In this document: positions 45,708 through 55,839 of the stretch, in pieces
How the letters are laid out: each line of letters begins with the position of its first letter
Position numbering within the stretch: the first letter of the stretch is position 1
From: a virus
Length of the DNA: 64,000 bases
Direction: 5' to 3' (one strand)
Virus record (IMG/VR): IMGVR_UViG_3300012204_000007
Location: 56,831 to 120,830 of that record
Notes under the pieces: model-generated
What the model was told of the DNA's origin: nothing
The model's input: the letters and a program-made list of their open reading frames with translations, nothing else
Databases searched by the model: none
Position numbers and translations under genes: made by a program

Positions 45708-46783
45708 AAGCCGTACTCAGAGCATTAAATATTGATGTGCGTGACGAGACAGAGAACGACTTCCTGTCATTCTGTCCATATCACGGCAACACAGATTCAC
45801 CAGCGTTCAGCACGTCCAAGCGACATGGATATTCTATCTGTTTTAATCCAGCCTGCGCAATCGGTACGGAGTACCGACTAACTTTAGAACGTCTTACTAA
45901 AGACCTAAAAGGTCTTGACAATATTAGTGCAAAGAGATTTGTTATACGCACCAAGGGAGAGTCTGGTGAGTCATTCCATAACAAGTTTGATTCTATCAAA
46001 CAAGAGGAAGTAGAACTAAAAGAATTTCCACATGCAGCCATCGACAAGATGCACGAGAGATTCATGGAGGCCCAAGATGCATTGAATTATATGAAAGGTC
46101 GTGGTTTCGAGTTAGACACTATGGAACATTTCAATGTGGGATTCACTCCTGCGTCAACCGCATACGGAGCAAATATATACCGCCCACATGATATGATTGT
46201 GGTACCAGCATACGACCATAAGTCCCGCCCGGTAGGATTAGTTGGCAGGAGTCTAGTAGGCAAAGAGTTTAAGAACTATGGAGCAGAGCCAAACGGTACC
46301 GGATTCCATAAGTCAAAAATTATCTGGAATCTACAGAATGCCCGTCGGTATGAAACCATAATCATAACAGAAGCAACCTTTGACTCTATGGCTATACATC
46401 AAGCAGGCTATCCTAATACCGGCGCGTTGCTCGGGGGTAGTCTAAGTACATATCAAAAAGACCTGTTGAATAGACACTTTAGTCATGTTATCATTATGAC
46501 TGACAATGAGAATAAAGGCAATGGAGAAATGACCTTCCCCGTTCGCTGCTCTAAGTGTTTGAAGCAGGGTTTTGATATGTGTCAAGGACACGCGCCAGGT
46601 AGAGAACTTGGTATGAAGATAGCACAAGAATTACCCAGAATGCGTATATCATGGGCTAATTATGATGACAAAGATATATATGCTAGGAACGTGAAAGATG
46701 CAAGAGCGATGACAGATGATGAGATTCGACAAAGCCTACGCAATGTTATCTCTCACTATGAATACATGGACTTGCTTGCTTAA
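45644..46783 (+). CDS. dnaG: DNA primase (zinc finger plus TOPRIM)
   Basis: CPYH..TDSPAF...C....C; TEATFD; MTDNE; KDA. Confidence 0.88.
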   Translation: MASRRNDEWNSTREVYSPAEVEAVLRALNIDVRDETENDFLSFCPYHGNTDSPAFSTSKRHGYSICFNPACAIGTEYRLTLERLTKDLKGLDNISAKRFVIRTKGESGESFHNKFDSIKQEEVELKEFPHAAIDKMHERFMEAQDALNYMKGRGFELDTMEHFNVGFTPASTAYGANIYRPHDMIVVPAYDHKSRPVGLVGRSLVGKEFKNYGAEPNGTGFHKSKIIWNLQNARRYETIIITEATFDSMAIHQAGYPNTGALLGGSLSTYQKDLLNRHFSHVIIMTDNENKGNGEMTFPVRCSKCLKQGFDMCQGHAPGRELGMKIAQELPRMRISWANYDDKDIYARNVKDARAMTDDEIRQSLRNVISHYEYMDLLA

Positions 46784-46860
46784 TGCAGCCGGTCGTGGTA
46801 TAATAGAGTGTCGGGTAAGTCGACTAATATAACACGGGTAATCCGTAGAAGAGGTATAAA

Positions 46861-47667
46861 ATGGCATTAGGATTAAAGGAATATCAGGAGCGCAAGGCAG
46901 CCGAAGAGACTCGCCGCGAAGAGGCAGCAAAGCCCCGCGTACAGCGCTTTGCTCTAGAAACAGATGGCGATTCTGCCGTAGTTCGTTTCGCTCAGGAAAT
47001 GGACGCAGACGCCGATGGCTACTCTACCGAAGTAGGTAAGGGTGTAGTCCATATCTTCCACAACAACGGCGACGACGTTAAGAATGGATTCATGAACGCA
47101 GCAACGTGCACCATAGATTCCCAGGGCGCGTGCTATGGTTGCGACAGAGTTCAAGAGTACGCAATCGACTGGGAAGAGCGTAAGGCTTGGAAGCAGAAGG
47201 AGAAGTTCACCATCAATGTAATTGCTGGTGAGCCTCGTGAAGTTACCGAGAAGGTTGCCGGTAAGGAGAAGAAGAAGTATTTCACTACCGACCTTCCGGA
47301 CGACGCTACTGGCGGTGTTGTGTACCTGCTAGAGCAGTCTACCTACAATGGTATCTATGACGCACTGTCCGCGTTCTTCTTGAATGCTAAGGCTTCTAAG
47401 AACACCATTCTTGGAAAGACATTCCAGATTACCCGTAAGGGTAAGGGGTTCAATGACACTTCTTACAACGTCATTCCGGTCGAAGACCTACCTAAGACTG
47501 CTACTCCGATTTCAGAGTATCAACTAGTAGACGTTTTGGAGGTTCTACCGGAGATTGACTATGCAGCACAGAACGCATTCTATCACAAGGGTTCCAGCGC
47601 TCCCGCTTCTGCTCCTGCGGTAAGCGAGAGCGCTAGTTCAGCCACCAGTACCACGGAATCTTGGTAA
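46861..47667 (+). CDS. single-stranded DNA-binding protein (gp32-like)
   Basis: VVRF, C...CYGC, QITRKGKGFNDTSY, low-complexity tail; located between primase and polymerase. Confidence 0.7.
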   Translation: MALGLKEYQERKAAEETRREEAAKPRVQRFALETDGDSAVVRFAQEMDADADGYSTEVGKGVVHIFHNNGDDVKNGFMNAATCTIDSQGACYGCDRVQEYAIDWEERKAWKQKEKFTINVIAGEPREVTEKVAGKEKKKYFTTDLPDDATGGVVYLLEQSTYNGIYDALSAFFLNAKASKNTILGKTFQITRKGKGFNDTSYNVIPVEDLPKTATPISEYQLVDVLEVLPEIDYAAQNAFYHKGSSAPASAPAVSESASSATSTTESW

Positions 47668-47975
47668 CTGAGCATTATCGCAAATATTTGAGAAGTAAGA
47701 CTTGGTCCCTGAAAAGGGACCAAGTCTTCTCTCGTTATGGTAAACGTTGTTATGTATGTAAGACATACCGTGGGCCAATTCAAGTACACCACTTAACATA
47801 CGCTAGGTTCGGCGGTAATGAGTTGATGAGTGACCTTAGGCCATTATGTCAAAAGTGTCATAGAGAAGTGACAGCGCTCCATTGGAAAATGGGCAAGCGC
47901 AGAGTAACGGGCGCGGTAGTATTCGCAGCCTTTATGAAGATGAAACAGGGCACTCGCCCTCCAAAGAGAAAGTAG
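47661..47975 (+). CDS. HNH endonuclease
   Basis: YLRSKTW..KR...CYVC....QVHHLTY......DLRPLCQKCH. Confidence 0.85.
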   Translation: MVTEHYRKYLRSKTWSLKRDQVFSRYGKRCYVCKTYRGPIQVHHLTYARFGGNELMSDLRPLCQKCHREVTALHWKMGKRRVTGAVVFAAFMKMKQGTRPPKRK

Positions 47976-47978
47976 AAA

Positions 47979-50900
47979 ATGCAATATTGTGAACTTCACT
48001 TGCACGACCACTATTCTGCTCTTGATGGTTTGAATACACCAGCAGAATATATGGTTAGAGCAAAAGAACTTGGTATGTCGCATCTTGCGCAGACCAACCA
48101 CGGTACACTGAGCGGCCACCGCGACTTCCAGGGCGCTGCTGCCGAAGCCGGTATTACACCCATTCTAGGCGTTGAGGCTTATATCTCCGCTACCGACCGT
48201 TTTGACCGACGCTCTAATAATAAGCGCGAAGACGGCACATCTACATTCAACCATATTGGTCTATTGGCTATGAATGGCAATGGACTTAAGAATATGAACA
48301 TTATGATGCGTGAGGCGTGGACCTCTGGCTTTTATTCTAAGCCACGTATCGATATGGACCTACTTGAAGAGTATAACGAGGATATCATTGTACTATCTGG
48401 TTGTCTTGGTGGGCTGCTTGCCTCGGCACTCACAACTGAAAATGACAATGTGCCAGACTACGACCGCGCGCTCAAGACAGCGACTCACTTGAAGAGCATT
48501 ATGGGAGACCGCTTCTTTATCGAGGTTCAGGGTCACAATCCTAAGTATATCAACGACGGACTGTACCGTTTGGCTGAAGAAACTAATACGCTACCGGTAA
48601 TTACTTCTGACTGTCACTATGCCAGAAAAGAAGACCTATGGATTGAAAACGCAATGCTTATCCTTTCTACTAAACCAAAGGTAAAGAGCGGGTTTGACTT
48701 CTCAAAATCACAGACTATGGACTACTTGGAGCGATTCAACTATCTATATCCAGATAGGAAGATGAACTTCGAGAAGATTGAAATTTATCTTCGTTCTGCT
48801 GCGGAGCAGATGGCAATGCTGGAAGCACAGTCGCGCGGTACAGAGGCTATTGCTAACACCAACGTAGTAGCAGAGATGATTGGTAACTATCCATATTACG
48901 AGGCTCTCGACCTACTGCCATCACCAGATGCAAGTATCAAGGATTTGGATGCCGAGTTGAGGCGTCTATCGATGAAGGGCTTAGCCGAGCGCGGCCTTGC
49001 TGATAATCCAGAATATATAGAGCGTCTTAAGCATGAGTTAGAGATTATCAAGAACAAGGGCTTCGCAGTATATTTTCTTATTCTAGCCGATGTTGTAAAC
49101 TGGGCTAGAGAACAGGGAATCTTCATTGGTCCCGGCAGAGGCTCTGGCGTATCATCTTTGGTGAACTACTCTCTGTTCATTACCAATATTGACCCAATTC
49201 CATACAAGTTGCTGTTCTTCCGGTTCCTTGACCCAGAGCGTGACGACTGGCCTGATATTGATGTTGACTTTGAAGTCAAGCGCCGGTATGAAGTCAAGGA
49301 ATATGTAAGCCGTAAGTATGGATATACTGCTAACATTATGACGTTCAACTACTTCCGTGGTAAAAGTGCTATTAAGGCCGCAGCCTCTGCATTCAAGATT
49401 CCTACTGGTGAAGTAAATCGCGCTACGAAGGGCCTAACAGAAGACCCAGATTTTCCTGTACTGGATATCTATGCGACTAGTGAGGGCACAGCAGAGTTCC
49501 GTAAGAAGTATCCAGAGGTTCTTGAGTTGGCACGCGCACTAGAGGGTCGTATCAAGGGCACAGGCATGCATGCTGGTGGCACTGTAATTAGCAAGGTGCC
49601 TATCGAGGACTATGTGCCGATGGAAACCAGAGTGGACCCTAGCGACGAAGCAAAGGGTCGTGTGCCCGTCGTCGCGGTAGACATGAACGAGGCAGCCGAC
49701 ATCGGGCTTATTAAGTATGACTTTCTTGGACTTAACAACCTGACAGTTATCTTGGAAACCATCGAAACGGTATATGAGAGAACCGGTAAAAAGATTGACC
49801 CATATGTGGACTTTGCTGGATTAGATGACCCAAAGGTATATGAGATGTTATCTCAAGGACACACCAAGGGTATATTCCAGTGTGAAGGTGGACCTTATAC
49901 CAATACCATTCTAGCAATGGGTGGCGTGTGGAACTTCGAAGACCTAGTTTCTTCTAACGCCCTGGTCCGACCCGGCGCCGCCGATTCAAGTGTTGGTGAG
50001 AATTATATGAAAGGTAAGAAGACTGGTAACTTCGACTATATCCATGCCGACACAAAGTACTTTACGGAAGAGACATTCGGACAGATTCTGTTTCAGGAGC
50101 AGCAGATGTTGTTGTGTACTGAACTTGCTGGTATATCAATGGGTGACGCCAACAAGGTGCGTAAGGCTATCTCTAAGAAGATTCTAAAGGATTTGCAGAT
50201 ATGGAAGCCAGCCTTTATCGAGGGAGCAAGCAAGAAGATTAGTGAGCGTAAGGCAGAGGCTGTGTGGGACGACCTAGAGAAGTCAGCAGCCTATGCGTTC
50301 AACCGCGCTCACTCTGTTGGATATTCTATGATTTCATATTGGACTGCATGGTTCAAGGTAAACTATCCGGTAGAATATATGTGTGCCCTTATGAATAACT
50401 TGTCTGGTACAGATGTAAAGGTCAAGGCTATGTTTGCATTGATGGAAGCAAAGAGACTAGGCGTACAGGTTAGACTACCACATGTCAATGCATCTGATAT
50501 CAATAATCGCGTGGAAGATGGCGCTATCCGAATGGGTCTGTCCTCTATTAAGTATATCAGCGGCAAGGTCGGTAACAAGATTATTGACAATGGCCCTTAC
50601 CCTTCATATGAAAGACTGTTAGAAATAAGCCAGACAAAGGGCTCCGGTATTAACTCTAGGGCTATCGACGCTATGAATAAGATAGGAGCGGCGGCTTTCG
50701 AGGATAATCCACGTACCGGCGATGAGCGTTCTAACTTTTATGAATATCTCAATATCCCTGCATTCGAGTCTAAAGACTTGGACCCACACGTTAAGTTGCA
50801 ATTCCGCAACCTAACAGAGTATACTGAGGATGAGGCATTCGTGGTATGCGCCATGGTTTATAATATCAAGGTAGGTCACGGCTGGGCTCTGGTTGAGATG

Positions 50901-51305
50901 GTGGATGAGTCTGGCAGCGCCGGTAGTTTTGCAAGTCAAAATATTCCCATTGAAAAGGGCAAGATGTATGTCATGCTCATTAGTAATAATCGCATCGCCA
51001 GGTACATTACTACAGATGACATTTTGAACGGCCAAGGTGGGTCTTTTGGTAAGTATCTTGAAAAAGAGACGCTTGACCTAAAAGATGGAGAATATCGTTG
51101 TATCTCTTTCAACACCAGGCATACGAAAAAGGGCGAGAAGATGGGCGAGGCTATATTCACAGATGCAGATAAGAATTTGACTTCTGCGATGGTCTTCGCA
51201 TCTATGATTGACAAAGCAATGATTCCATGTGCTACCGCAGCAAAGGTCAAGGTGCAGTTTGCAGAGACTCGTGGCGGCGCATACTGGGTAAAGGATATTA
51301 AATGA
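47979..51305 (+). CDS. dnaE: DNA polymerase III alpha subunit
   Basis: LHLHDHYSALDG, TNHG, GPGRGS, PDIDVDF, HAGG, KYDFLGL, YAFNRAHS. Confidence 0.96.
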   Translation: MQYCELHLHDHYSALDGLNTPAEYMVRAKELGMSHLAQTNHGTLSGHRDFQGAAAEAGITPILGVEAYISATDRFDRRSNNKREDGTSTFNHIGLLAMNGNGLKNMNIMMREAWTSGFYSKPRIDMDLLEEYNEDIIVLSGCLGGLLASALTTENDNVPDYDRALKTATHLKSIMGDRFFIEVQGHNPKYINDGLYRLAEETNTLPVITSDCHYARKEDLWIENAMLILSTKPKVKSGFDFSKSQTMDYLERFNYLYPDRKMNFEKIEIYLRSAAEQMAMLEAQSRGTEAIANTNVVAEMIGNYPYYEALDLLPSPDASIKDLDAELRRLSMKGLAERGLADNPEYIERLKHELEIIKNKGFAVYFLILADVVNWAREQGIFIGPGRGSGVSSLVNYSLFITNIDPIPYKLLFFRFLDPERDDWPDIDVDFEVKRRYEVKEYVSRKYGYTANIMTFNYFRGKSAIKAAASAFKIPTGEVNRATKGLTEDPDFPVLDIYATSEGTAEFRKKYPEVLELARALEGRIKGTGMHAGGTVISKVPIEDYVPMETRVDPSDEAKGRVPVVAVDMNEAADIGLIKYDFLGLNNLTVILETIETVYERTGKKIDPYVDFAGLDDPKVYEMLSQGHTKGIFQCEGGPYTNTILAMGGVWNFEDLVSSNALVRPGAADSSVGENYMKGKKTGNFDYIHADTKYFTEETFGQILFQEQQMLLCTELAGISMGDANKVRKAISKKILKDLQIWKPAFIEGASKKISERKAEAVWDDLEKSAAYAFNRAHSVGYSMISYWTAWFKVNYPVEYMCALMNNLSGTDVKVKAMFALMEAKRLGVQVRLPHVNASDINNRVEDGAIRMGLSSIKYISGKVGNKIIDNGPYPSYERLLEISQTKGSGINSRAIDAMNKIGAAAFEDNPRTGDERSNFYEYLNIPAFESKDLDPHVKLQFRNLTEYTEDEAFVVCAMVYNIKVGHGWALVEMVDESGSAGSFASQNIPIEKGKMYVMLISNNRIARYITTDDILNGQGGSFGKYLEKETLDLKDGEYRCISFNTRHTKKGEKMGEAIFTDADKNLTSAMVFASMIDKAMIPCATAAKVKVQFAETRGGAYWVKDIK

Positions 51306-51496
51306 GTACAAATATTAATGATGAGGGCATAGTGGCCCTCATAGGATTGATTCTATTAACACTACCAAATGAACAGGTTAGAATCTCTGATGAAATAGTC
51401 ACGCGCGGCCTACCAGATGGCGGCGCGGTACGTGTATATCACGATGACTTCACAGATGAGTTAGTCATTTCAATCCAGAGACAGGATGACGAGTGA
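51302..51496 (+). CDS. hypothetical protein
   Basis: 64-aa ORF overlapping both neighbours. Confidence 0.65.
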   Translation: MSTNINDEGIVALIGLILLTLPNEQVRISDEIVTRGLPDGGAVRVYHDDFTDELVISIQRQDDE

Positions 51497-51822
51497 CTGG
51501 CATTCTAAAGAAGATGGCTCAGAGAGCCCATGCAACTAGTAAGTTAAAAGGCTTCTGGAAAGAACCAGAGATGATGGATAAGTATGCCGCCAAACTCATG
51601 CTTATTGTTACAGAGGTAGCAGAGGTCACCGAGGCTCTTAGAAAGAGACAAGGAAAACAAAAGGTAACAGAGGAATTTGCAGATATCTATATCAGAGCAT
51701 TCTGTCTTCATGAGAAATTGGTTGCAGATGGAGAGGCAACAGACAATCTCGAAGAAACTATAAATTCTAAGATGCAAACGAACGAGGAAAGACCACCGCT
51801 TCACGGTCACAGATGGGGATAA
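51493..51822 (+). CDS. MazG-like nucleotide pyrophosphohydrolase
   Basis: LIVTEVAEVTEALRK...EEFADIYIR...KMQTNEERP. Confidence 0.85.
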   Translation: MTGILKKMAQRAHATSKLKGFWKEPEMMDKYAAKLMLIVTEVAEVTEALRKRQGKQKVTEEFADIYIRAFCLHEKLVADGEATDNLEETINSKMQTNEERPPLHGHRWG

Positions 51823-51827
51823 CAGCG

Positions 51828-51864
51828 ACGGCCGGTAGCAATACCGGCCGTTCTGTGGTATAAT
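51828..51864 (+). terminator. hairpin (probable terminator) abutting the recA promoter
   Basis: ACGGCCGGTA-GCAA-TACCGGCCGT, then TGGTATAAT. Confidence 0.7.
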
Positions 51865-51887
51865 TGTATGAGTAAAGAAAGGCTTAC

Positions 51888-52886
51888 ATGACTGATAATA
51901 TTGATGAGTTGCTAGCCAAATTGAATCCAAAGACAGCAGCAATGTTTCGCAGGGCTTCCGAAGTTAAGATTGAAACTCTCGCAACCCCAAGCCTAGGACT
52001 AAATAGAGCCATTGGTGGAATAGGTTACGGACGACAGACAACGCTTTGGGGCAACCGTTCAGGCGGTAAGACATTGATGGCGCTTGGGTTGGCAGCAAAT
52101 GCGCAGCGAGCCGGTAAGTCAGTGGCTTGGATTGATGCAGAAAGAAACTTTGACCCAGCATGGGCCACAAGACATAACGTTAATCCAGAGCAAATGTTAA
52201 TATCTCCAATTACTTCTATTGCAGATATGGCTGATGCAGGACACGATTTCATCAGGGCTGGTATCGATGTATTGGTCGTAGACTCTATCTCAGTATTACT
52301 TCCACAGTCGTACTTTGTAGATGGTGAGATGAAGGGTCTAGCCGATACCGGCCAGATTGGTACATTCTCTAAGAATATGGGAACTGCGGTAAACATGCTT
52401 AACAGCATTAACGAGCATACCGCCCTCATCTTAATCTCTCAGGTACGTAACCAGATTGGTTCATATGGCGCAAGCCTAACTCCTATGGGTGGTAAGGCTG
52501 TCGAGCACATGAACTCAACCACAATAAAACTATGGAGCAACCCTTCCGAGAAAGAAGCCATCAAGGGTAAGGTTACCGAAGGTGACCTTATCTTCGAGAA
52601 GCCTGTAGGACGCCCTGTGGTGTGGACTGTAGAAAAGAACAGAGGCCCCGGTATGAATGAGTCCAACAGATACGACATGTATTTTAAGGGCGACTTTGTG
52701 GGCGTTGACCGTGTCGGTGAGATAATTGACTTCGGTGTAGAGATGGGCATAGTTAAGAAGGGTGGCGCATGGTATACCATTGGAGACGAGCGCTTCCAAG
52801 GCAGAATCAAGGCGGTAGAATATCTACGCAGCAACCCAGATATTGAAGAAAAGATTTACGGAGAGATTCTTGCCAAATCCATTTAG
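51888..52886 (+). CDS. recA: RecA-like recombinase
   Basis: GNRSGGKT, WIDAE, VVDSI, ISQVR, GGKA, KKGGAWY. Confidence 0.93.
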   Translation: MTDNIDELLAKLNPKTAAMFRRASEVKIETLATPSLGLNRAIGGIGYGRQTTLWGNRSGGKTLMALGLAANAQRAGKSVAWIDAERNFDPAWATRHNVNPEQMLISPITSIADMADAGHDFIRAGIDVLVVDSISVLLPQSYFVDGEMKGLADTGQIGTFSKNMGTAVNMLNSINEHTALILISQVRNQIGSYGASLTPMGGKAVEHMNSTTIKLWSNPSEKEAIKGKVTEGDLIFEKPVGRPVVWTVEKNRGPGMNESNRYDMYFKGDFVGVDRVGEIIDFGVEMGIVKKGGAWYTIGDERFQGRIKAVEYLRSNPDIEEKIYGEILAKSI

Positions 52887-53079
52887 TAAGAAGAATAAAG
52901 CGGCTACTCCAAGCAACGATGATAGTAATGAGCCCATTGCGATATCCAATAGCACACTTGTATGTGAGTACTGTTTCTTTGTATCATCAGAAGGTACCTA
53001 TTATCCAGAAAAAGAATGGTTGATTTGGGACTGTGATGCATGTGGTTTTACAAACATTGTAAAGAATATTGAATTATGA
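52870..53079 (+). CDS. zinc-ribbon protein
   Basis: CEYC...CDAC. Confidence 0.65.
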   Translation: MPNPFSKKNKAATPSNDDSNEPIAISNSTLVCEYCFFVSSEGTYYPEKEWLIWDCDACGFTNIVKNIEL

Positions 53080-53393
53080 GCGAGGCAAACGAGGTTAAAC
53101 GCGACGGTGCCAGGGCTCAGAAGAACTCAGGTCGTGGTAATTACCAAAAGGGTGACGCTATCCTTGATATATTTACGGTTGATTATAAAGAGTATGAGAA
53201 ATCATTCTCAATCAGTAAAGATGTATGGGCTAAAATATGTACCGATGCAATACGCAACGGCCATACCGAGCCCACCATCAAAGTAATACTTGGCTCCGGT
53301 AACTCAAAGACACGCTTATGGATTGTAGCAGAGCATATTATTGAAGATTATATTAGACTTAGAAAAGCAGAGGAAGATGCACTACAGGATTAA
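53076..53393 (+). CDS. PD-(D/E)xK nuclease, Holliday-junction-resolvase-like
   Basis: E......NSGRG..KGDA.....VDYKE. Confidence 0.7.
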   Translation: MSEANEVKRDGARAQKNSGRGNYQKGDAILDIFTVDYKEYEKSFSISKDVWAKICTDAIRNGHTEPTIKVILGSGNSKTRLWIVAEHIIEDYIRLRKAEEDALQD

Positions 53394-53565
53394 TTTTTCA
53401 GGCGGTGTTAGGGACGGACAAAAAGACACACTGCTAAATAAGATTGGTGGATACATCAGATTTACCTATGCAGACGGCTCGGTAGAAGAGTATTACCGAA
53501 TCTCAGATGATGACGCCAACGGCACATATGAGTACCGTTCTCGCACGGGAGGACAGAATGGCTGA
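53377..53565 (+). CDS. hypothetical protein
   Basis: ATG after GAGGA; FSGGVRDG. Confidence 0.6.
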   Translation: MHYRINFSGGVRDGQKDTLLNKIGGYIRFTYADGSVEEYYRISDDDANGTYEYRSRTGGQNG

Positions 53566-53902
53566 GCAAGACCATCCGCTAGAGTATGTCTCTGGCATTC
53601 AAGACTTTATTGACCTACATGCGGCGGTAGGCGATGAGGAACTACAGTCTGCATTAGAACTAGCATTGAAATGTATTGCAAATCCTGATGTACCGGTCGC
53701 TATAGCCAAGAAAGCCATGATTCAGATGCAAGCATATGCATTCAAGTTTAAGATGCAAGCGCTGGTATATATGCAGATTCATACCGGTAAGGTTGGCAGT
53801 TCTGAGAACATTAAGAAAAACGCTTATATGTATGCTTCAGAGCAATGTAACCTTATGGCACAAACTTTAAAAATACTAGCAAGGGAGCATCAAACGTTTT
53901 GA
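53558..53902 (+). CDS. hypothetical helical protein
   Basis: ATG after GGAGG; located in the recombination operon. Confidence 0.7.
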   Translation: MAEQDHPLEYVSGIQDFIDLHAAVGDEELQSALELALKCIANPDVPVAIAKKAMIQMQAYAFKFKMQALVYMQIHTGKVGSSENIKKNAYMYASEQCNLMAQTLKILAREHQTF

Positions 53903-53909
53903 GACATGT

Positions 53910-54005
53910 ATGTGTGGAAATTGTAATCGCGCGATGGGCCAGATGAAAGATGATATTGAAAGCATTAAAAGAATGATTACTTATTTGGAGGATAGCATTG
54001 CGTGA
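53910..54005 (+). pseudogene. C-terminal remnant of an endonuclease VII-type nuclease
   Basis: MCGNCNRAMGQMKDDIESIKRMITYLE matches the CxxCNxxxG...DD....R...YL tail; the N-terminal portion is missing. Confidence 0.6.
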
Positions 54006-54786
54006 AATAGTAGATTTACAGAAGCCCACATTGGCATCGAAGAGATTCGATGCGCAAAGGCTAGCAGACTTGATTAACGACGCATATCTAAAGGGTAGGC
54101 GCGAGCCGAGCGACAGAGCAAAGAAGTCATTTGCACCGTCTGGGCTTGGCTATGGAAGTGGTACATGCCCTCGCCAATGGTTCTATGCATTTACTGGTGG
54201 TGTAATGCGCGAGGAAAATACAGACGCCGTAGGCGTTGCCGGTATGGCATATGGTACTGAGGCCCATGCTAGGATTCAGAAGGTATTCAGAGATACAGGT
54301 ATCTTGGTTGAGGAAGAGCGAAAGGTTGTTACCGACGACCAGCCAGATATGCCACCTATTTTTGGATATGCAGACCTCATTATTAAATGGCAGGGAGAAG
54401 AGGCGGTAGGAGAAATCAAAACTACCACCACTGAGTCCTATGTCTCTAAGAAGGCTAAGTCTACCCCAGCAGGATACCATTTGATACAACTCTTGATTTA
54501 TATGAAAGTCCTTGGATTGAACAAGGGCTTTTTCTTATATGAAAATAAGAACACTCAACAATTGCTTATTATGCCTGTCACATGGAACGTCGATAACAAG
54601 AAATTAGTTGAAGACACATTTGATTGGATGAATAAGGTATATGCAAACTGGCAAGAGGGAACTCTGCCTCAACGGCCTTTCAAGTCTGAGAAGTCAGTAG
54701 TATGCAAAACATGCCCATTCAAGAAGCATTGTTGGGAGGACGAAGAGGGCGCGGTAATGCTCCCGGTCTTGGAAGTACCAAAGTGA
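53998..54786 (+). CDS. Cas4-like PD-(D/E)xK exonuclease
   Basis: CPRQ, GTEAH, GYAD...GEIKT, QLLIY, CKTCPFKKHC (four Cys). Confidence 0.85.
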   Translation: MREIVDLQKPTLASKRFDAQRLADLINDAYLKGRREPSDRAKKSFAPSGLGYGSGTCPRQWFYAFTGGVMREENTDAVGVAGMAYGTEAHARIQKVFRDTGILVEEERKVVTDDQPDMPPIFGYADLIIKWQGEEAVGEIKTTTTESYVSKKAKSTPAGYHLIQLLIYMKVLGLNKGFFLYENKNTQQLLIMPVTWNVDNKKLVEDTFDWMNKVYANWQEGTLPQRPFKSEKSVVCKTCPFKKHCWEDEEGAVMLPVLEVPK

Positions 54787-54805
54787 CAAGACAGGGGGTG
54801 ATTCA

Positions 54806-55105
54806 ATGATTGGGCAAGTAATTAACTGCGCTAGAGAGTCTTGTAGACAACCTTTCTCGAAGGGCACACACAATCAAAAGTATTGCACTAACGAATGCTG
54901 CCGAATTGAGACTAATCGTAAGATTATGGAGAAGTATCACGAGCGCGCAGCAATTAGACGCGGTAAGAAGCGAGTATGTAATATATGCCAAACATCATTG
55001 TCTAGATATAATGAGTCCACTATCTGTGGAGCATGCGAAACAACTAAGCGCGGAGAGGCCGGTAGGTCAACAGCAGAATTAGTAGCATCAGTAATTTGGC
55101 TCTGA
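54806..55105 (+). CDS. Cys-rich zinc-binding protein
   Basis: C....C...F......QKYCTNEC, CNIC, CGAC. Confidence 0.75.
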   Translation: MIGQVINCARESCRQPFSKGTHNQKYCTNECCRIETNRKIMEKYHERAAIRRGKKRVCNICQTSLSRYNESTICGACETTKRGEAGRSTAELVASVIWL

Positions 55106-55130
55106 ACGTTTTCATGTATATACTTAGTAT

Positions 55131-55703
55131 ATGAACTTTACTGAACTTACCAAACGCAAAGCAGGTCGTGTAATTGGTATAGACTGTTCTACACACAGTT
55201 TAGCCTTCGCTATCTTTGATGATAGTAAACCTGCAACTTGTGGAGAGGTATTCTTTACTGGCTCTAATATCTACGAAAGATTGAACGACGCCAGGTTGAA
55301 AACACAGATGCTTGTAGACAATGGAGTTCTCGTTGGTGACTATGTTGGCATGGAAGCCGCCATTGCAGGCAAATCTAGCCAGGTTACCATTAAACTTAGT
55401 TACGTCTTCGGCGCGGTATTGTCTGTTTTGATGCAGAACAAAATGGAAGTATCTACCGTCGCTCCTATAACATGGCAGTCTTATATAGGGAATCCTAATC
55501 TTAAGAAAGATGAAAAAGAGCAGTTGCGCACGAATAGTCCGGGTCATAAAGACTCATGGTACCAGAACGAGGGACGTAAGATGCGAAAGCAGCGCACGTT
55601 GGAATTCGCTAGAAAGTACTTCAAAATTGAATCAGGTTCTGACAATGTTGGCGATGCTGTTGGAATTGCTTTTTACACTAATGAGCAGTTGACGAGGCGG
55701 TAG
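55131..55703 (+). CDS. RuvC-like resolvase
   Basis: VIGIDCST, GMEAA, PITWQ, DNVGDAVGI. Confidence 0.85.
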   Translation: MNFTELTKRKAGRVIGIDCSTHSLAFAIFDDSKPATCGEVFFTGSNIYERLNDARLKTQMLVDNGVLVGDYVGMEAAIAGKSSQVTIKLSYVFGAVLSVLMQNKMEVSTVAPITWQSYIGNPNLKKDEKEQLRTNSPGHKDSWYQNEGRKMRKQRTLEFARKYFKIESGSDNVGDAVGIAFYTNEQLTRR

Positions 55704-55704
55704 T

Positions 55705-55839
55705 ATGAAATTATATGAAAGTAAGAAATGGTTGCAGCGTCAGTTGTGGACGCTAAAGAAGACACCCGAACAGGTGGCAGAAGAACTAGGAATATCACAT
55801 ATGACGGTTAGGCGTTGGGCAAGGATACATAAACTATGA
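55705..55839 (+). CDS. small HTH protein (not in ORF track)
   Basis: MKLYESKKWLQRQLWTLKKTPEQVAEELGISHMTVRRWARIHKL; ATGA overlap with the GT25 gene. Confidence 0.75.
   Translation: MKLYESKKWLQRQLWTLKKTPEQVAEELGISHMTVRRWARIHKL

Noticed and set aside
53998-54786. Cas4-like gene as evidence of a CRISPR system
   Set aside because: No repeat-spacer array or other cas genes seen; solo Cas4-like nucleases are common in phage recombination modules.
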